Assembly: GCA_965213705.1 (NCBI GenBank)
Contig: OZ243913.1
Span: forward strand, 480,001 to 544,000
Length of the DNA stretch: 64,000 nt
Reading direction: 5' to 3'
Source of the DNA: Trueperaceae bacterium
GTDB taxonomy: Bacteria > Deinococcota > Deinococci > Deinococcales > Trueperaceae
Shown here: positions 9,910-18,856 of the stretch, one piece after another
Numbering within the stretch: the first letter of the stretch is position 1
Layout: every line of letters starts with the position of its first letter
The notes under the pieces: generated by a model
What the model was told of the DNA's origin: nothing
Database searches by the model: none
The model's input: only the letters and a program-made list of their open reading frames with translations
Position numbers and translations under genes: made by a program

Positions 9910-12597
9910 TTAGGTGAGCTTTTTCAGAAAAATAGACTCTCTACCCCGCTCCGTTAAGAAGTACAAGTTCTCTCTGGCACGGGTTATTGCCACATAAAAA
10001 AGCCTTTTTTCTTCCTCATAGGCGTCAGCTAAGCTGCGACCAAAAAGTCTATAAAGTTCGTTATCAGGATGAAGAAGTGGGAATTTGTTCTCGGTCACCT
10101 CAAGAATTATGACGACATCAGCCTCTTTACCTTTCATTTTGTGTACTGTCTCTACTCTAATTTTGTCAAAATCAACTTGAAGCCCTTTTTTGACTTCACT
10201 GAGCAAATTTTCCAAGAGCTTGTCCCTAAACTCGGCAAGTGTTACGCCCGAGCCAACGCGTCCTGTTCGGGAAAGGATGTCAAGTGTCGTATCTGGCTTA
10301 GTTTTGAAATGTTCACGGGCAATGTTGAAACAAAGTTTGAGATACTTTGCCTCTGTAGAAAAGTCAATCCTAGCATCCTTCGTTGGACCGCTACCGGAGT
10401 TGTCAGTGTTGAAGCTGAATTTTTTTTCTTCTCCTTTAAGAATCCAAGCGTCGCCATCTTCAATATTCCGAACAATAAATTTACCGGCTGGCTTTGATGG
10501 CAAAGCCCTAGAAGGCGCACCCAATCCTTCCATGAAACGATTGCCCAATTCGACGATTTTTCTTTGGCTTCTAAAATTAGTGCTTAGAAGTGCAATGTCT
10601 GAAGGGGGATAATTGTCGGCAAATTTGTAGAAGTATTTTAGGTCTGACCCAGCAAAGCCGTTAATAGCCTGCCAATCATCGCCAACGGCAACAATTTTCA
10701 GGTCGGGGTTAACATTTCTTACAGACTCAACCAGCTGATAGAAAGCTTTTGAAAAATCTTGAAATTCGTCAATCAGCAGCCACTCGAGTTCTTTGAGATT
10801 GCCGCCCTGATTCTCCTCACCAATCATGCAATCTCCGCGACGCTCATCAACGACGACTTTAGCTTTCAAGAGTAGATCATCAAAATCAATTTGTCCTTCG
10901 GCAATCATCTGTGATTCATAGCGAGAGTAGACATGTTGCGCTACCCACAAAAACGCAGCCTCTCGCTCTTCCGTCGAATGGTAGTCTTCAATTTTCTTAC
11001 GTGCGTCATCTGCTGTCCAACCAAGCTGCTTAGCTTTTTTTATAAAACTTAGAAACATGTCCAAAAGGCGAATTTTGTATTTTCCCTTTGAAATGACAAG
11101 CTTACGGTACAATTCATCAAAGGGTAGCTTCTTACAGGTTACGCCATTTTCTTCCAAACGCGCTTTAAGCTTGTCCTCAAAGTTTTTTCTCCTCTTTTTG
11201 ATATTTTTCTCGTCGTATAAAATATCACGAGGTGAAGTTTCAATTAGGGTATACTCGGGTTTCACGTCACGCCAGTATTCACGTTTCCAGCGCATTTCTT
11301 CAACATATTCTTCGAAGGTTTTGTTCCGCCACGGTGTTGGTTTTGGATCAAACTCATCCACACCCCAATGCTCCAAGACATACTTCTTTTCTGCAACCTT
11401 GAACGTAAAATCAGGATGGTAACCTCTACCTTTACCTTTTGGTAAAAAGTACTGCTCATAAGAATAAGAAATATCGTGCTCGAAAAGGAAGTCCGCAATG
11501 TATTTTTCTGGTTGAGACCTCACTAAATTTCCAAGAAGCGTCGGGTACCTGCGACTGCGTAATATTGCACCAGCATCAACTTCGTTTGCCTGCTCAGAGT
11601 ACAAATGATTGCGTTGTTGTTGATAGCCCTCAGCGCTTTGGTAAGTTGCCAGATTGTCAAACTGATTCGCCGCGGCCCTAAAAAACTCGTACAGTGTTTC
11701 CTTAAATTCAAATGTGTCGCTTTCAAGGTCTCTGATACAGTTTGCTAAGAACAGTTGTTGCCTTTTATTGTTGTCTTCGTCTACCAGCAATTCAAAAGAA
11801 TGCTTTTCTGGTTGAACAATCTTACAAGCTAAACTGTGAAAGGTACGAGCGTTCTTGAACTCTTTATACTTATAGTCTACTGAAATTCTATCAAGTATTT
11901 CCTCTTTGGCTTGCCTATTGAAAGCAAGTATGAGAATGTTGTTGGGGTTAACTCCGTAGCGTTCTATCAAAATGGCAGTTTTGAGAGCTAAAGCCGTAGT
12001 TTTTCCCGAGCCAGCTCGAGCTTTGAGTTGTACGTTTTGAGATATTTTTGCTAGCGCTAATGCTTTTTCATCGTCACTGGCAAAATCTACGTTAAACTTG
12101 CTGAAAAATTTCTTTAGATAATCTGCTTTGAGCTGTTCAAATTTGCCAACTTCAACAAATTCCAAATTGTCAAGGTAAAGCTGGTCTGCCTGAGAAAACT
12201 CACAGGCATCTAGTAACGATTTCACTTGTTCGACGGTGTCCTGCGCTTTTTTGTTTCTATAAACAAACTCTTCTCGCTCTTCTTTGGTTAAAGGTTGATT
12301 GTTTTCGTTCAAGTAGTTAAGCTTCCTAAGCTCGGCAAGTTGATTAGTACGGAGTAACCCGCAGTCTCTAAATACGACATCCGCCTCAGACCAAAGGCCC
12401 TTTTCAAGCAACTCTTTGAGTTTGAAAAATGCTTCGTTTAAAGCATTCTCTAACTGGGAAAGATACATGGTTTTCTCTTCGGCACTCAGCTCTTTTTTTA
12501 GACTTTGAAAGTGTTGCTTTGCTTTATTTATTTCAAGCCTGTCCAGGTGCATTACGATGAATCTGTATGCTACGGTCATTTCAGAAATTCCCCTCAC
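9910..12597 (-). CDS. UvrD/helicase IV-like SF1 helicase with an inserted PD-(D/E)xK-like domain (alternative start ATG 12579)
   Basis: ARAGSGKT, LIDEFQD, VGDDWQAI, NFRS, TVHKMKGKE, EEKRLFYVAITRAR; insert RSQPEKYIADFL..PDF..LEHWG; AT-rich. Confidence 0.88.
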   Translation of the reverse strand: MRGISEMTVAYRFIVMHLDRLEINKAKQHFQSLKKELSAEEKTMYLSQLENALNEAFFKLKELLEKGLWSEADVVFRDCGLLRTNQLAELRKLNYLNENNQPLTKEEREEFVYRNKKAQDTVEQVKSLLDACEFSQADQLYLDNLEFVEVGKFEQLKADYLKKFFSKFNVDFASDDEKALALAKISQNVQLKARAGSGKTTALALKTAILIERYGVNPNNILILAFNRQAKEEILDRISVDYKYKEFKNARTFHSLACKIVQPEKHSFELLVDEDNNKRQQLFLANCIRDLESDTFEFKETLYEFFRAAANQFDNLATYQSAEGYQQQRNHLYSEQANEVDAGAILRSRRYPTLLGNLVRSQPEKYIADFLFEHDISYSYEQYFLPKGKGRGYHPDFTFKVAEKKYVLEHWGVDEFDPKPTPWRNKTFEEYVEEMRWKREYWRDVKPEYTLIETSPRDILYDEKNIKKRRKNFEDKLKARLEENGVTCKKLPFDELYRKLVISKGKYKIRLLDMFLSFIKKAKQLGWTADDARKKIEDYHSTEEREAAFLWVAQHVYSRYESQMIAEGQIDFDDLLLKAKVVVDERRGDCMIGEENQGGNLKELEWLLIDEFQDFSKAFYQLVESVRNVNPDLKIVAVGDDWQAINGFAGSDLKYFYKFADNYPPSDIALLSTNFRSQRKIVELGNRFMEGLGAPSRALPSKPAGKFIVRNIEDGDAWILKGEEKKFSFNTDNSGSGPTKDARIDFSTEAKYLKLCFNIAREHFKTKPDTTLDILSRTGRVGSGVTLAEFRDKLLENLLSEVKKGLQVDFDKIRVETVHKMKGKEADVVIILEVTENKFPLLHPDNELYRLFGRSLADAYEEEKRLFYVAITRARENLYFLTERGRESIFLKKLT

Positions 12598-12712
12598 AGT
12601 GAAGACGTTACCTCGAGCCTAAAGTGATAGCTCGAGATACGAAACCCTTCCCGCATGTAAAACTTGTGCGCCCCGAACCGCTGCACGGTCAAGTCGAGAT
12701 GAAGAATCTGAA
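12594..12712 (-). pseudogene. orphan duplicated 3' end of the GNAT gene at 13391-13825
   Basis: translates to LHLDLTVQRFGAHKFYMREGFRISSYHFRLEVT versus LHLDSGVQRFGAHKFYMREGFHISSYHFGLEVT; ~100 bp diverged direct repeat. Confidence 0.9.
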
Positions 12713-12720
12713 TTGCACAG

Positions 12721-12999
12721 TCAAGCGCTTTTGGGCAGGGCGACAACCTCATCGGGTTCTGCGAGCGCTGTTTCACCGATAGCGTCCCAGTCGATAACGG
12801 CTACCCAAATGTTCTCATCGGGTGAAAACTGGACGCGACCGTCTACCTCTAAGTCTTCGCTGACGAGCGTGAGACACAGCCCTTCTTTTAAGACGATACG
12901 TTGCCGCGCCAAGGCCTGTACCGTGCCGACGCAGTTGAGGCGCAAACGGCCCTTTGCATCGGCGCTGTGAAAGTCGGCGTAAACACGCGGCGCGTTCAT
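12721..12999 (-). CDS. hypothetical protein, candidate immunity/antitoxin
   Basis: 92 aa, ATG 9 nt after upstream stop; acidic/aromatic C-terminus WVAVIDW. Confidence 0.7.
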   Translation of the reverse strand: MNAPRVYADFHSADAKGRLRLNCVGTVQALARQRIVLKEGLCLTLVSEDLEVDGRVQFSPDENIWVAVIDWDAIGETALAEPDEVVALPKSA

Positions 13000-13008
13000 G
13001 GACGTAGT

Positions 13009-13335
13009 TTACCATTTCCGCGTCGGATTGACCTGAGTGGGTGTGAGCAGTCGGCTGGCCGCTGTCGGCGTGAGACCTGTCAGGGTGGCGTGATAGGTAC
13101 TTCTACCGGATGTACGAATCACGTCGCCGCCGAGTTCGCGAACACGAGCCACCGTCGTTATACCCAAGCGACCATGAGGAATAGTTTTCGCCAATTCTTC
13201 AACGTTGCCAAGACCACATTCGACGGAAACGCCCGTCACGCCACTCGGATGGGTCGCCGTAGCTCGAGCGATGTCTTCAGGTTGATTCCGCCCGCCCCTG
13301 ACGACAAGTGCTTCGTCAGGAAGCTCACTGTCCAC
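13009..13335 (-). CDS. hypothetical protein, candidate stand-alone toxin domain
   Basis: 108 aa; VVRGG..GVSV..IPH..TTV..GGDV..HATL pattern reminiscent of polymorphic-toxin C-terminal domains. Confidence 0.65.
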   Translation of the reverse strand: MDSELPDEALVVRGGRNQPEDIARATATHPSGVTGVSVECGLGNVEELAKTIPHGRLGITTVARVRELGGDVIRTSGRSTYHATLTGLTPTAASRLLTPTQVNPTRKW

Positions 13336-13390
13336 GGCTCGCGTTTAACATCACCTCAAAGTTGGTCGGACGATGTTCCCAAGCTCGTTC

Positions 13391-13825
13391 TCACGGCGTC
13401 ACCTCGAGCCCGAAGTGATAGCTCGAGATATGGAACCCTTCCCGCATGTAAAACTTGTGCGCCCCAAAGCGCTGCACGCCCGAGTCGAGGTGGAGGAGGA
13501 TGCAGTTTTGCTCGAGCGCATACGCTTTCAAAAACTCAATCAAAGCTTCGCCGTGTCCCCGCGAGCGGTGCGCTTCGTCGGTTACGAGGTCGTACACGTA
13601 CAGGTTCTTGCCCCAGGCCAGCGCCTCACCGATGTCGAAACCGGCGACAGCGGCGACTTTGCCGTCTGAGAGAGTGTAAGCAAGGCGGTAGCCGCGGGCG
13701 CGCTGACGCTCGAGCTGCGCCAAAAATTCTTCTCGCTTCAAGTGCGGGCGCAACTGGTGCAGCACCGGGAAGCAAGCGAGCCGCTCTTCGTCCGTGTCGG
13801 CCAAGTAAACTTTAGAAACCACCAC
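13391..13825 (-). CDS. GNAT family N-acetyltransferase
   Basis: LYVYDLVT, RSRGHGEAL acetyl-CoA motif, LHLDSG, AHKFY; overlaps iolC end. Confidence 0.9.
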   Translation of the reverse strand: MVVSKVYLADTDEERLACFPVLHQLRPHLKREEFLAQLERQRARGYRLAYTLSDGKVAAVAGFDIGEALAWGKNLYVYDLVTDEAHRSRGHGEALIEFLKAYALEQNCILLHLDSGVQRFGAHKFYMREGFHISSYHFGLEVTP

Positions 13826-14828
13826 GAGCCTCCACAAAGTCTAAAACCTCGTCTTCATAGCCCATAAAGTTCGCGCAGCCGTGGCGGGTGACGACGATGG
13901 CACCACAGGCGTTGCCCATGCGGGCGCTTTTGAACCAGTCCCAGCCGTTGAGCCGCCCGTAAATAAAGCCGCTGGCAAAGGCGTCCCCCGCGCCAAGGAC
14001 ATTGTAAATCTCGACCGGGAAGCCGGGGACTTCGGTGACTTCGCCGGTTCTGAGGTGGACCGTTGCGCCCTGCGCGCCGCGCTTCACCACCAGGGCTTCG
14101 GGGCCGTTGGGCACGTTCAAAATAGCCTCAATATTGGCGCTCAAATCTCCTTTAATCTCGGGCGCGCTGATTTGCTGGTGTTTGATGACGATGTCGTCGG
14201 CGCTTTGTACCATGCCTGCGTTGACCTCTTCTTCGGTGCCGAGGGCCACGTCGACCAGGGGTAGCAGAGCGCGCACGGTGACGCCGAAGGCGCGCGGGTC
14301 GTGCCACTGGTCAGCGCGAAAGTCGAGGTCTAAAAAGACGGTTTTGCCCGCGCGCTTAGCTTGCTCGGCGGCAAAAAAGGTGGCGCTGCGGCTCGGCTCG
14401 CGGCTCAGGCCGGTGCCGGAGATTTCCAGGGCTCGAGCCTCCGCAATGGGTGCCGCTAAAACATCATCAATCGTCAGCTCGATGTCTGCGCAGTTGTCGC
14501 GGTAATACACCAGCGGAAAGGTGTCCGGCGGCTCGATGCCGAGGACGACGGCGCTCGAGCGCCGCCCCAACTTGACCGGAATATAGTCGGTTACGACGCC
14601 CTCGTTTTTCAAAAAATGCAGGATGAAGTCGCCGACTTTGTCCCGACCCACAGCCGTGAGGAGCGCGACGCTCAACCCTAAACGCTTCGTGCCGACGGCG
14701 ATGTTCGTGGGACTGCCGCCGACGTAAGCGGCGAAGCTCGTAATCTCTTCGAAAGGTGCGCCCACGTCGTTTGAATAGAGGTCGATGGAACTGCGGCCCA
14801 TCGTGATGAGGTCGAGGGGTTCGGCCAT
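13812..14828 (-). CDS. iolC: 5-dehydro-2-deoxygluconokinase (PfkB family)
   Basis: MGRSSIDLY, YVGGSPTNIA, FLDLDFR, LGAGDAFASG; iol context. Confidence 0.92.
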   Translation of the reverse strand: MAEPLDLITMGRSSIDLYSNDVGAPFEEITSFAAYVGGSPTNIAVGTKRLGLSVALLTAVGRDKVGDFILHFLKNEGVVTDYIPVKLGRRSSAVVLGIEPPDTFPLVYYRDNCADIELTIDDVLAAPIAEARALEISGTGLSREPSRSATFFAAEQAKRAGKTVFLDLDFRADQWHDPRAFGVTVRALLPLVDVALGTEEEVNAGMVQSADDIVIKHQQISAPEIKGDLSANIEAILNVPNGPEALVVKRGAQGATVHLRTGEVTEVPGFPVEIYNVLGAGDAFASGFIYGRLNGWDWFKSARMGNACGAIVVTRHGCANFMGYEDEVLDFVEARGGF

Positions 14829-14840
14829 GCTCACTCCTGC

Positions 14841-14894
14841 TCAAACACCTAAATGTTGTCGGGCGTTGCTTTCAAAAAACGTCTCAACGTTCAT
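14841..14894 (-). pseudogene. 17-residue stub of a PIN toxin gene (MNVETFFESNARQHLGV*)
   Basis: ATG overlaps the antitoxin 3' end; FFESN resembles the PIN FFDTN start; remainder absent. Confidence 0.5.
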
Positions 14895-15132
14895 GCAGCT
14901 CGTCGCGTGTCCAGGTGATTTTGCCGTGAGTACCAAGTTCAAAGCCTTTGTCCATGAGTGCCATAGCTTTGCGGCGGGCTTGCTCATATTCATCAGCCTC
15001 GAGCACGATTTCCTCGAGCTTTTCTTTGAGCAATGCCGAAACCGAAGTGCCCCGCTTCGCCGCGATAATTTTCACCTGCTTCAAAAGCTCCTTGGGAAGA
15101 GACAGGGTAATGTTCTGCTTTTCTGCGTTCAC
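14884..15132 (-). CDS. CopG/ribbon-helix-helix antitoxin (orphan)
   Basis: QNITLSLP..TSVSALL RHH pattern; C-terminal WTRDELHER. Confidence 0.8.
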   Translation of the reverse strand: MNAEKQNITLSLPKELLKQVKIIAAKRGTSVSALLKEKLEEIVLEADEYEQARRKAMALMDKGFELGTHGKITWTRDELHER

Positions 15133-15225
15133 GCAAACGAGGGTAGCACGTTTTTAGGCGCGGGTGGCTGAGGCTCGGGGGCTTCTCGAGCGGCACAGAT
15201 ATACCGTTTGGTGGATTTTCTGATA

Positions 15226-17193
15226 CTACCGCCGAAGGATTGTGTTGTAATCACATTCTGCCTGCGCATATTTTTGAACGGCTTGTTTGAGGTGAGGAAG
15301 GTATAACTCACGGTTCCTCATAAGTTTATCGCGTGTTCCCTCTAATCTGTCGGCACCACCAGCAAGTTCGGAGGCGAGCTTCTGTTTGAGTGTTTGAACT
15401 TCCTGTTCAACGCGCTTTAGGTCTTGTTGCGTGACGGCCAAGGCAGGATTGAAAACAAAGCGACTTTCAACGCGCTTTCTCCACTGCAAAAGTTTGTCGG
15501 TTAGTTTTGGTCCGAATGAAGGCACCCGCTCAACAGCTTTACGGTTGATGTCGGCAGCCGATTCAATACCGAATGACCTTAAGGCGGCAATGCGGGCTGG
15601 ACCAACCCCACTAATATTAGCGTTGTCGATTAAATGATTGTTCAGAAACCGTTTGAATTGCAACTCTTTCGCATTGTCTTTGAGTGCCTGAACTTTCTGG
15701 CCTTTAATTTGATTCAAGTGGTCGTAGTCATACTTTGCCTTATTTAAGCGGTTAAAAGTACCTTCAAAGCTTTCAACTGCACACTCTTTTTCCCACCGCG
15801 ACTGCACCTCATCCCATTTTCTTTTTGCTCCTTCTAAGTTGCTGTTTGCAGTCCGTGTTACTTGTTCTACATCCCTCCTACCTAAAGCTAGGTCAAACCA
15901 AATGACTCCAACCAACCCCCAAAAGATTACAAGTCCCGACAACAAACCGGTGAAGCTCAAAAATAGGAGCAAAACCGTAACCAATACTTTCGTTATCATT
16001 CGGCTTTGACGGCGTCTGTGCGCTTCTAAAACAGGTTTTGAAGTCTGCACCGGAGTAGGCTTGACTGTCGGCAATCCTGGCGGCGGAGATACTTCTGTAA
16101 TCTTACGCCATGCTGCCTCAACATCAATACTGGCCCCGCTAGCGTTAACCTTTATATAACCGACTGTGAAAAATAGGACACCTGGTACAGACTCGAGTTC
16201 GCACCAAGAGCATTTTGGTAAGTGACCGTAGTACAAGTGGTTGGGATTTGCCTTACAAACGACAAGCTGTGATTCTGATTTGGCTAGTGCATCTACCCAC
16301 TGCTTCGGATCAGGACGAGACCAACCTTTGTTTTGGCGATAACCCCCCGCGCCCTCTTTGGAAAAAGCTTGAATAAACAACTGCGCGACCTGGGTTGGCA
16401 CGTCTTTTAACAGCAGAGTATTCGGTGGGGGTTTTATTTGCATCGCCTGTGCGGTACTACCATAAACAAACTTAAATGCGGTTATGGCTTTCTCAATCGG
16501 AACATATTCGGGGCCAAGCGGTGTACCTGAGAATGGATGCCGCCCCATGAACAAAAGGTGAAAGATGAGAACCGCAAGCCCAAAGGCATCGTGATCTTTT
16601 GTGCGCTCCTCATTAGTTAACGTTCTGCCTTGTAACTCGGGCGGAGTGAATGTAGGCACACCTACGGGGCAATAGTGATAAACACCGCCGACATTTACCT
16701 GAAAGCTGTCACAGTCAATAAGTTTGACCATTCCCTTTTCAGACACCATCAAATTGCCCTGGTTGACATCGCCAATTATGTGACCATGCTCGTGAACAGT
16801 AGCAAAAGCCCTAGAAACGTTTGCGGCTACACGAATAAGAAACGCCCAGGTTGCATCAGGGAACTCGTTTATCCGGCTTTTGGGGCCGTAGAGAGTATGT
16901 ATATCCTTGAAGCCACTGGCACGCGACATGATAAATCCCTGAACCGGGCCATCTCGGGTTAAGCGGAGGGTATCCTTCGGCCAAGCGGCGAGTTTGCTTA
17001 AAGCATCAGTTTGACCATCAACCATGTAACGCAATTTCTGCGCCTTGTCGGTAGGTGGGGGAGAATGGTAAAGCTTTGCTACGAACTCAGACGCTCCACT
17101 TACTTCAAAAACCGCGCCCTCGCCGCCTCTACCGAGTTCTGAGCCAAGACTAACGGGATGACCAAGGTGACTAAAAACTTGTTTTGGCGTCAT
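15226..17193 (-). CDS. YegI-like Ser/Thr kinase with TM segment and C-terminal helix-hairpin-helix (TerY-P kinase)
   Basis: GRGGEGAV, VAKLY, GDVNQGN, IDCDSFQ, TPPE, GRHPF; Cys/His cluster; ISGVGP and VPSFGP HhH motifs. Confidence 0.88.
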   Translation of the reverse strand: MTPKQVFSHLGHPVSLGSELGRGGEGAVFEVSGASEFVAKLYHSPPPTDKAQKLRYMVDGQTDALSKLAAWPKDTLRLTRDGPVQGFIMSRASGFKDIHTLYGPKSRINEFPDATWAFLIRVAANVSRAFATVHEHGHIIGDVNQGNLMVSEKGMVKLIDCDSFQVNVGGVYHYCPVGVPTFTPPELQGRTLTNEERTKDHDAFGLAVLIFHLLFMGRHPFSGTPLGPEYVPIEKAITAFKFVYGSTAQAMQIKPPPNTLLLKDVPTQVAQLFIQAFSKEGAGGYRQNKGWSRPDPKQWVDALAKSESQLVVCKANPNHLYYGHLPKCSWCELESVPGVLFFTVGYIKVNASGASIDVEAAWRKITEVSPPPGLPTVKPTPVQTSKPVLEAHRRRQSRMITKVLVTVLLLFLSFTGLLSGLVIFWGLVGVIWFDLALGRRDVEQVTRTANSNLEGAKRKWDEVQSRWEKECAVESFEGTFNRLNKAKYDYDHLNQIKGQKVQALKDNAKELQFKRFLNNHLIDNANISGVGPARIAALRSFGIESAADINRKAVERVPSFGPKLTDKLLQWRKRVESRFVFNPALAVTQQDLKRVEQEVQTLKQKLASELAGGADRLEGTRDKLMRNRELYLPHLKQAVQKYAQAECDYNTILRR

Positions 17194-17986
17194 CCTTGCT
17201 CTCAAAAATCTGGCGTGAAGCTAGCACTAATGTTTTATCGTCATCAGTGCGTTCATTAACCCTATCTGAGTTGAGAAAGTCTGCCAGCAGCAACGTTAGC
17301 TCAACGGAATAACCAGCTTCGGATTTGCCAACAGCGCTTAGCATCGGCTTGAAAAAACGTTGGTGGGGCTCTTTAATATCCATTTGCAGAGCAAGGCTTT
17401 GAATTCCATCGGTAAACATAGTCAGTTCCGTAATCCTCTGTTCCAAGAAGAGATACTCGAGACGAAATCTAGCTTCACTTCCGGTAACGAAGTTGGTTGA
17501 ACTGGCATACTCGCCGCTTTGAGGCCAGAAAGCACATTTATAGACATCGGCTTCCTTGTCCGTGGCATAAACTATCGCCCCATCACCAATTTGAACAAAC
17601 ACTGCTTGACTTTCACTGACAACGGTAGCCAACAGTGTGCAGGCAAATTCACGTAACTCCACACCGCGATCAAGGGCACGCTCACGCAGTTCGTTTTGTA
17701 AGTGTACTACCCAATCTTCGACCAAAGTCCGACTAATATCACTTATTGAGTCACCACATTCAACAAGCTTTACAACCTCGTCTACCCAAAGCTCGCAGGC
17801 AAGAGTTGACCCGTCTGCGGAATGTAGAGCGCTACCCGCACCATCAGCGACAACAGCAACAAGTAACTCTTCGTTCTCGGAATCTTTTAATACAGCACAC
17901 TTACTCGCGTCCTGGCAGTGTGTGCGATTGAGGACGTGAGACGTACCTATAACAGTTGCGAAAGCATAACGCCAGCGCGGCGTCAT
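17171..17986 (-). CDS. PP2C-family phosphatase (YegK-like, TerY-P)
   Basis: [29 protein letters not shown]. Confidence 0.9.
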   Translation of the reverse strand: MTPRWRYAFATVIGTSHVLNRTHCQDASKCAVLKDSENEELLVAVVADGAGSALHSADGSTLACELWVDEVVKLVECGDSISDISRTLVEDWVVHLQNELRERALDRGVELREFACTLLATVVSESQAVFVQIGDGAIVYATDKEADVYKCAFWPQSGEYASSTNFVTGSEARFRLEYLFLEQRITELTMFTDGIQSLALQMDIKEPHQRFFKPMLSAVGKSEAGYSVELTLLLADFLNSDRVNERTDDDKTLVLASRQIFESKDDAKTSF

Positions 17987-18663
17987 TCAACCATAGCCCA
18001 GCCATCAGGTGTAGCCGGGTTTATAAGCTTCACGGCGTCTCCTGGATTCGACTGTGAGACGGAGCTTAGCGAGTTGGAAAGCCAAGAAAAAAGGTCTCTA
18101 AAGCGTAAGCCGTCCAACTTAAGTGGGTCACGTACAGAGATTTGCTTGAGCTTGCTGATGTCCGCACCCTCAACACCTACTGAAAAGAACATAAACGACT
18201 TAGACTCTTCACCTTCGCGCACTTGCTGTGCAGCGCTTTGCCATTCATCGGTAGGACCACCGTCGGTGATAAGAAATATCCACGGGCGATAGTATGAAAC
18301 TCCGTTCTGACGGTACACTTCCTTTCGGTCCCGCAGCATCTCCAAGCCTTTTCTTATAGCTGCACCCATAGGTGTGTCGCCCTGAGAGCTAAGGTGGGGT
18401 GGCTGAAAAATATCCGCCGTTTGAAAGTCAATTTTAACGTCAACCGGTCCAAAAGTAACGATAGCGACTTCGACTCTTTTTGCCGCAAGTGTATCGGCCA
18501 TTAGCTCGTCTTTGAAGGTCTGAATGCCTAAATTGAGTTGGGAGATTGGTTGACCCGACATTGAACCTGAAGTGTCGAGTAGCAGCAAGCACGGGCACCT
18601 TGGTTCAGGGTTTTCTGCAAATTCGGCAGCATCGAAAGGGATTTGGTCATAGTTGTCGAACAC
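17983..18663 (-). CDS. terY: TerY/YegL-like vWA-domain protein
   Basis: [14 protein letters not shown] motif, [28 protein letters not shown] overlap with PP2C. Confidence 0.9.
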   Translation of the reverse strand: MFDNYDQIPFDAAEFAENPEPRCPCLLLLDTSGSMSGQPISQLNLGIQTFKDELMADTLAAKRVEVAIVTFGPVDVKIDFQTADIFQPPHLSSQGDTPMGAAIRKGLEMLRDRKEVYRQNGVSYYRPWIFLITDGGPTDEWQSAAQQVREGEESKSFMFFSVGVEGADISKLKQISVRDPLKLDGLRFRDLFSWLSNSLSSVSQSNPGDAVKLINPATPDGWAMVE

Positions 18664-18781
18664 GCAAGCCTCCTAGAACAACTTTTAGATTTTATCGAGC
18701 ATCCATTGCAAGATTTACAACCAATAGTCACGGATTTGTCGTCTACGCTTTCCTATAACGCCCTTTTTACCACACCTCTTA

Positions 18782-18844
18782 ACGTTTTGGCTCGAGCCAA
18801 CAGCACCCGGTTTTCGTGCCGAATGACGGCTCGAGCCAAAACGT
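18782..18844. repeat. perfect 17-bp inverted repeat (ACGTTTTGGCTCGAGCC) just downstream of iolA
   Basis: arms 18782-18798 and 18828-18844; each contains palindrome GGCTCGAGCC. Confidence 0.8.
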
Positions 18845-18856
18845 GAAACCGAGGCT

